This document shows positions 40,857 through 49,826 of a stretch of 64,000 nt of DNA, piece by piece; the first letter of the stretch is position 1, and every line of letters starts with the position of its first letter. Position numbers and translations under genes: made by a program. This stretch comes from a virus (taxonomy: Duplodnaviria; Caudoviricetes). The stretch lies in the IMG/VR virus record IMGVR_UViG_3300047272_000250, positions 32,001-96,000 of that record, one strand, 5' to 3'. A model generated the notes under the pieces. It was not told where the DNA came from. It ran no database searches and was given only the letters and a program-made list of their open reading frames with translations.

Positions 40857-42791
40857 CTAGCTGGATGATGAGGTCAGGTCAACAATTTCGCAATTATCAG
40901 CGCTGCAAGCAAAGCTTTGTGAACCAGTAGTCATATCTTCCTTTTCGTAGAATGAAAGGTCTGACCAATTAATAGTTTGTGGCATCTTAGCCAAAAGCTC
41001 TTCGTACTCTTCCTTTGAGCATTCCTGGTATGGAGCCTGCTTATAAGTATGGTCTGAATGAGGAAGGAATGAAATTCCAGATACCTCATCAAAGTGCTTA
41101 TATACCCAAGCTCCTACTTCCATCCATTCCTCTTCCTTTACGGAAACAGTAATAGAAGGCTTATGCTCACACCAAGCTCTCTGATAAACAAGCCAAGTAT
41201 TGAGGTGTTCAATAGCAGTAAGATCATTTCTTAGAATTGCCCCTTCTGGAGCCTTTACTGGAAATGAGAATACAGTTGTTGAATCTGGCTTCATTACATC
41301 TGGCTCATTTGGCACATCATATGCCTTCATGAGTTCTGTAAGTGGATCTTTATTATCTGCACGGACTGTGCGGATATAGTAATCTGAATGCCATGGGTGC
41401 ATTCCTGAAGAAACGCCAGTCAACTGAGAAACAGTTCCTGATGGCTTAACACAGGTAATAGCAGCAGACTCATTAATACCAATCTTGCCAGCCTCTTCAG
41501 AGTTGATTACACGAGCATACTCACGAAGTGATACTAGTGCATCTTCTAGCTTATTGATATCTTCTTTTCCAGACATGAACTTGTGTCCAAACTGTCCAGT
41601 AATAGAAACACCTAGTAGGCGCTCTTCCTCTGTATTGTCCTTCCAAATCTTGCGAAGGTACTTAAAGTCTGTAAGGGTTGACTGCCATGTTCCAAGAACT
41701 GTAGCAAGGCGTACCTTGTTTGAGATATCTTCCATTGTATCTTCTTCACGAATTACAACTTCTGACAAGTTACAGAACTGGTATGGGCGAAGAATGATTT
41801 CTGAACATGGGTTAGTTCCGTACCAAATCTCTGGATCACGACGACCATACTTTGCTGCCTGCTTTTGTGCTGCTGCAACATTGTAGATACCACGCTCTCC
41901 TGACTTTGAGTCATAGAGATTCTTCCACTCTGCAATAAACTGTTCCATTTCTGGACGACGAGAATATGCTACTGAATTATTTGAAAGTGCACGTTGTGGA
42001 TTGTGCTCCCACCAGTTACCAGTCTTAGCATGTGCCATTTCAATATCATTAATATTTGAAAGAGAGATCATCGCAGAACGACGAACTCCACCAACTACAA
42101 CTACTTCACCAATCTTGCACATGATGTCATGGCACTCGATTGGCTTTAGGTTTCTTCCAAGAGAACCCTTGAAGATCTTAATTGTGAAATCAAAAAGATT
42201 AACTAGTGGCTGTGGACCTGATGAACGACCACCCATTGTCTTAAGTCTTGCTCCTGCTGGACGAAGCTTTGTTACATCAATAGTAGGAATCTGTCCTGAC
42301 CATAGTAATGCAAGAAGTTCACGATAAGCCTTTGCCCATCCTGCTTTTGAATCTTCTACAGTAATAACTGTTGATGTCTTTTCCAAAGTCTCTGGGACTG
42401 CTGGAAGCTTATTGATGTACTTGTACTCTACTGAAAATCCAACACCAGTACCGCACATAAGAATATACATTGTCTCGTCAAATGAACGAGGTGAATCAAC
42501 TGGAACAAACGAGCAGTTGTATCCTGGAACATGGTCTCTCTGTAGTGCTGGGCCAGCGGTCATAAGAGAACGCATTGATGGCATAACGCTAAGATTAAGA
42601 ACAGCATCCTTTACTTCTTGTAAAAGTTTTGCATCTGGCTTATAGGAAAAAGATTCTTCCAAATGGTTAGCCATGAAATTAAAATATCGATCAACAGTCT
42701 CACCCCAAGATTCTCTGCGATTTTCTGAATCCATATATTTTGCATAACGTGATAGTGCAATGAATTCTTGGTAAGCTGTTGGTAATGACAT
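40857..42791 (-). CDS. nrdJ: Class II (adenosylcobalamin-dependent) ribonucleotide reductase
   Basis: PSMR, YNCSF, GTGVGF, GGVRRSA, TNPCSEI, QFCNLSE, TCVKPSGT and C-terminal CSADNC; no nrdB partner nearby. Confidence 0.93.
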   Translation of the reverse strand: MSLPTAYQEFIALSRYAKYMDSENRRESWGETVDRYFNFMANHLEESFSYKPDAKLLQEVKDAVLNLSVMPSMRSLMTAGPALQRDHVPGYNCSFVPVDSPRSFDETMYILMCGTGVGFSVEYKYINKLPAVPETLEKTSTVITVEDSKAGWAKAYRELLALLWSGQIPTIDVTKLRPAGARLKTMGGRSSGPQPLVNLFDFTIKIFKGSLGRNLKPIECHDIMCKIGEVVVVGGVRRSAMISLSNINDIEMAHAKTGNWWEHNPQRALSNNSVAYSRRPEMEQFIAEWKNLYDSKSGERGIYNVAAAQKQAAKYGRRDPEIWYGTNPCSEIILRPYQFCNLSEVVIREEDTMEDISNKVRLATVLGTWQSTLTDFKYLRKIWKDNTEEERLLGVSITGQFGHKFMSGKEDINKLEDALVSLREYARVINSEEAGKIGINESAAITCVKPSGTVSQLTGVSSGMHPWHSDYYIRTVRADNKDPLTELMKAYDVPNEPDVMKPDSTTVFSFPVKAPEGAILRNDLTAIEHLNTWLVYQRAWCEHKPSITVSVKEEEWMEVGAWVYKHFDEVSGISFLPHSDHTYKQAPYQECSKEEYEELLAKMPQTINWSDLSFYEKEDMTTGSQSFACSADNCEIVDLTSSSS

Positions 42792-42879
42792 TTATAGATA
42801 CTTCTCTCTACCCTCTTCGGGATTTAATTGATTTTTGGTTGAGTTACAATTCTATCATACAGATTTACAAGGGCTAAAG

Positions 42880-43854
42880 TCAAGTCAAATGTTTAAAAGC
42901 TTTTTCAGTTAACTTAATCCAGTCGTATTGCTCGTAAATCTTTGTTGTGTTTTTCAGGGCAGTTAGAGTATGGTCTCTATAACTGTTTATTGAATCTAAC
43001 ATCAGAAGTTGAAGGTGTTCCATATCTGGCTCAAACATTTTTCCTGGATGCATTAAAGGCCAAGCAGAATCTTGTACTCTTGACTCTAACTTTAGAGTTA
43101 TGAAATCTGAGTATGGTGCCCAAGCAGCTGTACAAATAGTTGGCATTGCAGTAGCCATTGCTTGAAGCGGGATAAAACCAAAGCCTTCTCCCCAAGATGG
43201 GTAAACCATAACATGATGATCATGCATTAACTGAACTAATTCATCATCACTCATCTGTTTAGTGATTAGTTTAATATTAGGATACTTCTCAAATATTGGT
43301 TCAAAGTTTCCAAACATATCTCTTTGTCTAATTTGATGTGCTTCATTTGCTTTAATGGTAAGTTGATAGTCTGGGTTATTTCCAAATAGTCTAATGAAGG
43401 CTTCTACTACCATATTCCCGCCTTTTCTTTCTGCGGGCTCTCCAATATGCAAGAACTTGAACTTGCCATCTACTCTACGGACTTTTGTATTCTTCCAAAC
43501 ATCATGGAGTCCATGCTGATAAGTCTTGATAGGAGCAGTTACTCCTGCTTGCTTGTACCAAGCGGAAATGAGAGGGGATGTAGACCATACCTCATCACAT
43601 CTATTCATATTCTCTAACCAATACATAGGAAGCTCAGTAGATTCCCAGGGTGTATAACCAATTGTGTATTGATCTTGTCTATTAAACTTATAATGAATAG
43701 GTTGAATAAAGTTAAGTTGAAGATCAGCTTGAGGATTATTAAGCGTAACAAGGTGTCCTAGGCTCTGTAATGAGCTTACAACACCCATTCCAGCCTGGCC
43801 ATAGCCTACTGTGGCATTAAAACCAGACTCAGATGAGTAAAAACTAATATGCAT
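42880..43854 (-). CDS. GT-B (family 4-like) glycosyltransferase
   Basis: YTPWESTELP, RKGG and YPSWGEGFGFIPLQAMA motifs. Confidence 0.88.
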   Translation of the reverse strand: MHISFYSSESGFNATVGYGQAGMGVVSSLQSLGHLVTLNNPQADLQLNFIQPIHYKFNRQDQYTIGYTPWESTELPMYWLENMNRCDEVWSTSPLISAWYKQAGVTAPIKTYQHGLHDVWKNTKVRRVDGKFKFLHIGEPAERKGGNMVVEAFIRLFGNNPDYQLTIKANEAHQIRQRDMFGNFEPIFEKYPNIKLITKQMSDDELVQLMHDHHVMVYPSWGEGFGFIPLQAMATAMPTICTAAWAPYSDFITLKLESRVQDSAWPLMHPGKMFEPDMEHLQLLMLDSINSYRDHTLTALKNTTKIYEQYDWIKLTEKAFKHLT

Positions 43855-43948
43855 TTAAATCCTTCGCTTCAGAATATATTAAGTCTATCACAGGTATATT
43901 TTTTTTAAAATAGTTGACTGGGCTAGAAATAGCCGATAAACTTATATA

Positions 43949-44587
43949 ATGAAAGAAAACCTAATTATAAAAGTAATTAGTATTTCACTCATAATTGTAT
44001 TAGGAGCTATCTTTACTCCTAGTATCAACTATAAGTATTATACTAAATACCCTTTAAAAAAGGTAAGTAACTTTGAAGAACGTATCTTCAAGTCTTCCCT
44101 AGAAGAAAAGAAGTACGCAAAGTTAAAAGAGGCTCTGGAAATTAAAAAAGCTAGAGATCTTAAACTTAAGCAGCTAAAGACGGCTAAGAGCCTTTCTGAC
44201 ACTGACCTTGCCATTTTGCTTTACTTGGTAGGCTTTGAAGGAAAAGCTCTTCAGACAGCTTGGGCAGTTGCAAAGAAGGAATCCAACGGACGCCCTTTGG
44301 CTTACAATGGAAATAGAAAGACTGGGGATAGTTCATACGGGATCTTCCAAATCAATATGATTGGAAATCTAGGTCCTGAGCGTCGTGCTAAGTATGATCT
44401 ATCAGACAATAAGGAGTTGTTTAATCCAGTGACCAATGCTTCTATTGCGTTTAAGATGACTAGCGGGGGAGACAATTGGTCTGCCTGGAAGGGTCTCACA
44501 CCTAAGACAAAACAGTGGTTGGCTAAGTTCCCTACTGTTAGCGTCAAACCTTATGTAATGCCTGATTTGTCGGCACTAAAAGTTTGA
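43949..44587 (+). CDS. Lysozyme-like lytic transglycosylase with N-terminal membrane anchor
   Basis: AVAKKESNG, SYGIFQINM, LFNPVTNA and NWSAW motifs; TTGACT-N17-TAAACT promoter, leaderless. Confidence 0.85.
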   Translation: MKENLIIKVISISLIIVLGAIFTPSINYKYYTKYPLKKVSNFEERIFKSSLEEKKYAKLKEALEIKKARDLKLKQLKTAKSLSDTDLAILLYLVGFEGKALQTAWAVAKKESNGRPLAYNGNRKTGDSSYGIFQINMIGNLGPERRAKYDLSDNKELFNPVTNASIAFKMTSGGDNWSAWKGLTPKTKQWLAKFPTVSVKPYVMPDLSALKV

Positions 44588-44618
44588 CTTGATTAAATCA
44601 CAGTGGTAGAGTAGTTCT

Positions 44619-44828
44619 ATGGAAAATATAGATAATACTGGTGACGTAGACATTCGTGTAGTACGCAAATGGCTAAAGAACAGAGAATCAGTTTTCCATG
44701 GAACTTGCTCTAGCAATTATGTAGCTGGATTTGATGATGCAGTGTTTTTGACCTGCTTTGAATGTTCCGAAAAAATTTACATTGGACTAGATACATACAC
44801 GGTCATGAAGAGGGAAGTAAATGTCTGA
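44619..44828 (+). CDS. Small putative Zn-binding protein
   Basis: H..C and CFEC; own leaderless promoter. Confidence 0.65.
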   Translation: MENIDNTGDVDIRVVRKWLKNRESVFHGTCSSNYVAGFDDAVFLTCFECSEKIYIGLDTYTVMKREVNV

Positions 44829-45006
44829 AGAAAACGATAACATTTTACTTGGAATTTATATACAACTTTCCCGTGTTTATGATATGCTTGTATTAATAGC
44901 GGATGGAGTAGGTAAGGGTGAAGAAGCCCTTGAAGTCAGAAACCTGCATGAGCAGGGAAAGATCCTAACTCCACCCCCATCATTAGTGGAGGACGAGGAT
45001 GCCTAA
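44821..45006 (+). CDS. Hypothetical protein
   Basis: Coupled ORF in a three-gene operon. Confidence 0.65.
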   Translation: MSEENDNILLGIYIQLSRVYDMLVLIADGVGKGEEALEVRNLHEQGKILTPPPSLVEDEDA

Positions 45007-45187
45007 GTATTTTGTTACTATCAACCTAGAAGTTGATATTCACAAGAGCGATAGTATTCATCACATAGTTGATTCATTCGACTTCGTAGGTCAAGCAGAG
45101 AATACAGAAATTCTTGATATTGACTTCGAGCTTGCAGAAGAATCATATATGGACGATGAAGACGACTCTAATGACGAAGATTTTTAA
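44999..45187 (+). CDS. Acidic hypothetical protein
   Basis: GGAGG RBS; very acidic C-terminus. Confidence 0.65.
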   Translation: MPKYFVTINLEVDIHKSDSIHHIVDSFDFVGQAENTEILDIDFELAEESYMDDEDDSNDEDF

Positions 45188-45203
45188 AACCATATAATCC
45201 GAT

Positions 45204-45245
45204 AAAAGAAAACCCCCTAGTGTTTAGCTAGGGGGTTCTTTCTTA
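45204..45245. terminator. Bidirectional terminator
   Basis: AACCCCCTAG/CTAGGGGGTT stem flanked by A- and T-rich tracts, between convergent genes. Confidence 0.85.
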
Positions 45246-45253
45246 TGTATTTT

Positions 45254-46066
45254 TTAAGACTTTAGTGCCTTAAATGTAATAGCATCTACGATGCCTGTTT
45301 CTGCAAGACCCTTGGACTTCTGGAAAGCTTTTACAGCCTTCTCTGTTCCTGGTCCGAAATCCCCGTCAGCTTTGAGTTTAAGGAGTGTTTGTACGTTCTT
45401 AACGCCAGAACCCTTAGAACCCTTCTTAAGAGGTGTAAACGCTGCTGCAGGCTTTGCTACGGGAGGCTTTGGTGCAGCTGGCTTAGCTGCTTTTGCAGGT
45501 GCTGCAGGAGCATCAGATGATCCTACCTTAGATAGTAGTGGAACATTTTCTTCACCAGCATATACTGGACGTCCCCAACCTACTACTGCATTCATAAGCT
45601 TTAGCTTATTATCCTTAACGTATGCACGAGTTTTCTCTACGCACATTCCGCCATTTCGCTGATCTCCCTTTGCAGTTCCTGAAGTGTTTCCTTCAATAAC
45701 TTGAATAGTTCCGTTTCCGTTATTCTTTACGCAAAGACCTACGTGAGAAATTCGATTTACGCCATCATCTGGGAAATCGAAATAAATCCAGTCACCTGGA
45801 GTAGGATCATCATTACGTGCATCTGCCCAACGATTATTCTTCTTGAAGAAATCTGCAGCTGCAACTGTTGATGCGCTCTTTGGATATTTCTTTGGATCTA
45901 GTCCAGAAGTGAATGCACACCATGAAACAAATGACTGGCACCATGGAAGAAAGTTTGCACCTGTCCACTTACCATATTTAGTTTCATTGTCTTTAGGACC
46001 TTCAATAGTCCCTACTTCTTTCTTAGCAATCTCAATGATTGCTTCTAGAGAACCCTTTGCTGACAA
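45254..46066 (-). CDS. Endolysin (CHAP domain + Pro/Ala linker + peptidoglycan-binding domain)
   Basis: PWCQSFVSW, SHVG and IEGNT (CHAP); LKKGSKG..VK.VQ..L..DGDFGPGT..AVKAFQ (PGBD). Confidence 0.92.
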   Translation of the reverse strand: MSAKGSLEAIIEIAKKEVGTIEGPKDNETKYGKWTGANFLPWCQSFVSWCAFTSGLDPKKYPKSASTVAAADFFKKNNRWADARNDDPTPGDWIYFDFPDDGVNRISHVGLCVKNNGNGTIQVIEGNTSGTAKGDQRNGGMCVEKTRAYVKDNKLKLMNAVVGWGRPVYAGEENVPLLSKVGSSDAPAAPAKAAKPAAPKPPVAKPAAAFTPLKKGSKGSGVKNVQTLLKLKADGDFGPGTEKAVKAFQKSKGLAETGIVDAITFKALKS

Positions 46067-46396
46067 TTACTTCGCCGCCTTCTTAGCAACTGACTTCTTT
46101 GCAGCAGTCTTCTTTGTTGCTGAGGCCTTAACAGCTGTGTCTAACTTCTTGGTAGCTTCTGATGCAACTGCTGTTGCAATACGACCAAATGCTGGATCCT
46201 TCTTGTTCACCCATCGTAGTGCAACTGGGACGAGTGATGCCCAGAGAGAGTTGGCAACTAGTAGCCATTCTCCATTGCCAAAATCAAGCGGGCTTGAAAT
46301 ATTAGAGGTTGCCATAACGATGCTAATAGCACCCATTACCTGACCAATTAGATTTCTAGCATATGACTCTAGCATTGCTTTTGTTTGTGTTGACAT
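46067..46396 (-). CDS. Putative holin
   Basis: Two hydrophobic helices, D.AFG motif, basic tail; immediately upstream of the endolysin. Confidence 0.7.
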   Translation of the reverse strand: MSTQTKAMLESYARNLIGQVMGAISIVMATSNISSPLDFGNGEWLLVANSLWASLVPVALRWVNKKDPAFGRIATAVASEATKKLDTAVKASATKKTAAKKSVAKKAAK

Positions 46397-46463
46397 ATAT
46401 ATCTCCTTTTAAGTGTGTCCTTAGACACTTTTCATATCCATTGTATCACCAAGGAATGAAGAA

Positions 46464-46545
46464 TGAGCCGTTTACGTGGACAATGCTCAGGTCCCTTATG
46501 CTCTAGCCAGCTATCCCCCCTGGGGAAAGTAATGCGTAGATGCAC
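46464..46545 (-). ncRNA. Candidate small RNA ending in an H-type pseudoknot
   Basis: TATAAT at 46552-57; 5' hairpins; GGAC/GUCC and UGAGC/GCUCA pseudoknot stems; no ORF. Confidence 0.5.
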
Positions 46546-46559
46546 AATATAATTATAGC

Positions 46560-46976
46560 CTACTTAATTTTGATTTGTCTAGGCTTTTTCTCTTCTGGAA
46601 TTTCACGCTTTAGGACGATATACAAAATACCGTCGCTGTAGTCAGCGGAATCTACTTCCCAGTATTCCCAAAGAGTAACTGTTTTAGTAAACTTACGAGC
46701 AGCAATACCCTTATGGATATATTTGACTTCCTCGTCAGTTTTAGATTTCTCTCCAGAAATAGTTAGGACACGATTTTCCATTTCAACCTTTACTTCATTC
46801 TTGGTGAATCCAGCAAGGGCGAGTTCAAGGACTCTGGTATCCTCGTCGATTTCACGAATGTTGTATGGTGGATAAGTATCCTGGGGGGTCCAAGTGGAAG
46901 ATGTTACTGTATTCCACATGTTGTCAATCAATTTAAACGGATCATATACTGAAACCGTATAGTTATTACCTGTCAT
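46560..46976 (-). CDS. hsp20: Small heat-shock protein (Hsp20/IbpA family)
   Basis: YPPYNI, LELALAGF, LTISG, YIHKGIAARKF, A.YSDGIL.I and IPEEKKPRQI motifs. Confidence 0.95.
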   Translation of the reverse strand: MTGNNYTVSVYDPFKLIDNMWNTVTSSTWTPQDTYPPYNIREIDEDTRVLELALAGFTKNEVKVEMENRVLTISGEKSKTDEEVKYIHKGIAARKFTKTVTLWEYWEVDSADYSDGILYIVLKREIPEEKKPRQIKIK

Positions 46977-47031
46977 TTTTTTTGCTCCTTTTAAGCGAGT
47001 TAGATTAGCAGCACCCGAAGCATGCTACTTA
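46977..47031 (-). promoter_or_regulatory. ROSE-like RNA thermometer in hsp20 5' UTR
   Basis: 5' hairpin, then CUCGCUU-AA-AAGGAG pairing over the SD with a bulged G. Confidence 0.6.
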
Positions 47032-47130
47032 TAAATATTATATCAAATAATTTATTTATATGTCCATATACCCGCCAGTGAAGTGCGCCGAAAATGAGAC
47101 CCCTAATTAAATGCCCTGTATAATAACTAT

Positions 47131-47493
47131 ATGAGCCTATATGATCAATTAACCCCAGTAGAGAAAGCCTACCATGATGCCTTGCTTTCAGTAGTAGATA
47201 AATTTGGGCCTTTTGATAAGGGCAGCGAATCAGTTTGGGTCGGATATGAAGATGGCTCTAATAATGAGAATGCAGCCATAGGAGTTAAGTGTGGCAATTG
47301 CTCATTCCATGTAGAGATAGAGGGAAGCTCAGAGCTAGGATGTAAAATCCTATCCTTTAATGTAGAGTCTAATGGATTATGTAGACTAGCTGCTATTCCA
47401 GATGGTCTAGTGAACGCCGAAAATGAGAGCGATAGCAATAATGACGATATGGACGATATGGATAAATTCTGGAATGGGAGCTTTATTAAATAA
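47131..47493 (+). CDS. Protein with HiPIP-like 4-Cys motif
   Basis: CGNC-x14-C-x10-GLC; leaderless promoter. Confidence 0.55.
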   Translation: MSLYDQLTPVEKAYHDALLSVVDKFGPFDKGSESVWVGYEDGSNNENAAIGVKCGNCSFHVEIEGSSELGCKILSFNVESNGLCRLAAIPDGLVNAENESDSNNDDMDDMDKFWNGSFIK

Positions 47494-47879
47494 TGGCAAT
47501 GTACACATATTTTACTAAAATCGATAAGGTCGTCGATGGAGATACGTGTGACGTATTTATCGACCTAGGATTTAATGTCTGGCATAAGGAAAGAATTCGT
47601 ATGGCTGGAATTGATACGGCTGAAAAGAATACAGCCTTTGGAAAAGCTACTAAGAAATTACTAGTAGATACCATGGAAGGTAAGCTTGTAAAGCTTGTAG
47701 TTTCTAAGCCCGACAAATACGGCAGATACCTTGGCTATATCTATCTAGGGTCAGAAGTATCAATTAATGACCAAATGATCTCTAAGGGCCTTGCAAAGCC
47801 TTATGGCGGGGATTCTAAAGTTGGTCTATGGACTGAACAAGAGTTAGCTATAGATCATATAAGCGTTACTCTTCAATAG
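47493..47879 (+). CDS. Thermonuclease (SNase family)
   Basis: VVDGDT, RIRMAGIDTAE, DKYGRYLG and GLA motifs. Confidence 0.92.
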   Translation: MAMYTYFTKIDKVVDGDTCDVFIDLGFNVWHKERIRMAGIDTAEKNTAFGKATKKLLVDTMEGKLVKLVVSKPDKYGRYLGYIYLGSEVSINDQMISKGLAKPYGGDSKVGLWTEQELAIDHISVTLQ

Positions 47880-48130
47880 GGGATATATCGCTATATGTTT
47901 GAAGAGCTTCAAGAAGCTCTTTGGCTATCCCGTCGAAATCAATAGTTCCGTTATTAAAGTATTTTCCAGATTGGATACACTTTTGTAGTGTATTTGCAAT
48001 GTATTTTTGTTTATCCATACATATCACCTCTAATACAGTATAACAAATAATCAGTATTAGTACAAATACTATATATGCCCTGTTTATTTATATATTATAG
48101 AAATGTTAATAAAATTTTAAATTTGACTAG

Positions 48131-48205
48131 TAGGGATACTTGGATTTGAACCAAGAGTAGATTGCATATAAGACAATTGCTTTAACCAGATTAAGCTATA
48201 TCCCC
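48131..48205 (-). tRNA. tRNA-Ile (anticodon UAU)
   Basis: Cloverleaf with GGGGATA/TATCCCT acceptor, TAGCTTAATCTGGTTAAAGC D-arm, ATTGT-CT[TAT]AT-GCAAT anticodon arm and CTTGG-TTCAAAT-CCAAG T-arm; CCA not encoded. Confidence 0.9.
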
Positions 48206-48375
48206 TCGAATTTAGAGAGTGTATATTACTAGCGAGTAATATATAGCTAATATAGAGATCATAGATATTATAAATTTATTCTTATTATTCATTGTCTTTA
48301 TCTCTTTTCTAATACTGAACTTCCAGATTTTTTGCATACAAACCCTATACCCTTTTAAGAAAAAACTTAAAAGAT

Positions 48376-48513
48376 CCCCGAAATTGTCAGGTTATAAATC
48401 CGCAATTCATCGGTTGAACCATAGTGGCCATGTAGCTTATCTGAAAGTAACACTTCCGTCATTTAGCACTTGGAGTTTAAACCCTTGATATTATCTCCTA
48501 AAACTGTCCAAGG
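48376..48513 (-). ncRNA. Candidate structured ncRNA (~140 nt)
   Basis: Starts just after a TTGACA-N18-TACAAT promoter (48548-48519); the ends can pair; internal hairpins; only an RBS-less 31-codon ORF. Confidence 0.4.
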
Positions 48514-48616
48514 TTAAAATTGTAACAGCAAAGAATTTTCTATGTCAACCCCGCCTGGTCCAAATTCATAAAAATGTTAACAAATTTCGTTTTTGTATCA
48601 TTCGTCTTTTTTAAAA

Positions 48617-48632
48617 TCGAACAGGCGTTCGA
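48617..48632. promoter_or_regulatory. Actinobacterial LexA (SOS) box
   Basis: TCGAAC-AGGC-GTTCGA, an exact TCGAAC-N4-GTTCGA. Confidence 0.75.
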
Positions 48633-48770
48633 ATAGCGAGCACAGATGTGGGCTAAATCACATAGATAAATGTCCGAATTGTCCGTGTTGGTGCTTGAAT
48701 TTGTCAGTCCCCTGTGTTATAGTTCTACTATAAGAAATTAGCAAATAGCTAATAAAGAAAGGAATTCAAA

Positions 48771-48983
48771 ATGAATTCACTAAATACACTAACAGTAGTA
48801 GTAGAACCTAGCCACTCAATGGCTTCATCTAACACTAAGAATAATAATATCTTCCGCCTTGCTAATGGTAACTACATTAGCCGTATGGCTTATGTTTATA
48901 TGGTAGCCTCTGAGAATATGGTTTCTCACCGCTACCTAACACCTAACGAAAGTCGTTGGGTATTCGCTAATCGTGTGGCGTAA
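48771..48983 (+). CDS. Early hypothetical protein
   Basis: AGAAAGGA RBS after the first early promoter. Confidence 0.75.
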   Translation: MNSLNTLTVVVEPSHSMASSNTKNNNIFRLANGNYISRMAYVYMVASENMVSHRYLTPNESRWVFANRVA

Positions 48984-49062
48984 CTCACACGATAATAACT
49001 TGACTTTATCCAATCTAATCAATTAAACTTATACCATAACAAAAAGAATAGGAAATAAATAA

Positions 49063-49774
49063 ATGACAATAACTTACTCAATCTGGCAGGGTTCCCGCCT
49101 TCTATCAATCGACAATATCGCTAACGATATTAAAGAAATTGACCACTTAATGAATTCGCTAAATGCTAGCGACTTAGGCAAGAAAGTTAAATTCTCTGCC
49201 AACGTTCAAGGAATTAAGGTAACTAAGTAAATGGGTTACGTTGAATTCTTTCGCCTTGATACTGATGGGGCTGGCTGGGTAGATTTATCTAATGCCCGCC
49301 CTAGCGAATTGCTTGACCTAGAAATAGGGCTTGAGTTAGAGGGTAGCCCTGTGCTACCATTAAACGGAACTTTATTCTCTACACCTGAGAATAACTAGAA
49401 GAATAGGAAATAAAATAAATGGAAATAACATTAGAACTATCTAAATGGGGCTTTGGTCTTTACTCTCCTTGGTTTGGTATTGACCTAACTTGGGGCTTTA
49501 TTATCACCGCTGGAATTGTTACCCTCGCTGTTAAGTTTCTTAATAAGCGTGGTTTATATTTCTCTAATAAGTTTAGAAAGGTTAAGTAATGATGACACGC
49601 AAGGACTACGTTAAAACCGCCGCAATTCTAAAAACACATTTTGAAAATAACCCGCAACTTTCTCAAGAAGTCTTCGAGGATTTAGTTGATGAATTTTCTT
49701 TAATGTTTGAAGAAGATAACGAAAGATTTGACTCTGATAAATTTTTAGAGGCTTGTCTTCCTGATTTAGAATAA
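49063..49774 (+). CDS. Operon of four small early ORFs (49063-49230, 49231-49398, 49419-49589 membrane, 49589-49774)
   Basis: Read manually; RBS and coupled start/stop codons; TTGACT-N18-TAAACT promoter at 49000. Confidence 0.65.
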
Positions 49775-49795
49775 AAAAAATAAATAAATAAAATT

Positions 49796-49826
49796 GCTGC
49801 GACGATCTCGCAGCTTTTTTATTTTA
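49796..49826 (+). terminator. Rho-independent terminator
   Basis: GCTGCGA-CGATC-TCGCAGC-TTTTTT. Confidence 0.8.

Noticed and set aside
463-42645. Numerous plus-strand track ORFs opposite the structural genes (e.g. 4190, 5789, 8048, 15139, 41485)
   Set aside because: Antisense shadows of long minus-strand genes, with no RBS or recognisable motifs.
42792-42880. Cobalamin riboswitch or NrdR box upstream of nrdJ
   Set aside because: The leader is too short and I recognised no B12-box or NrdR palindrome.
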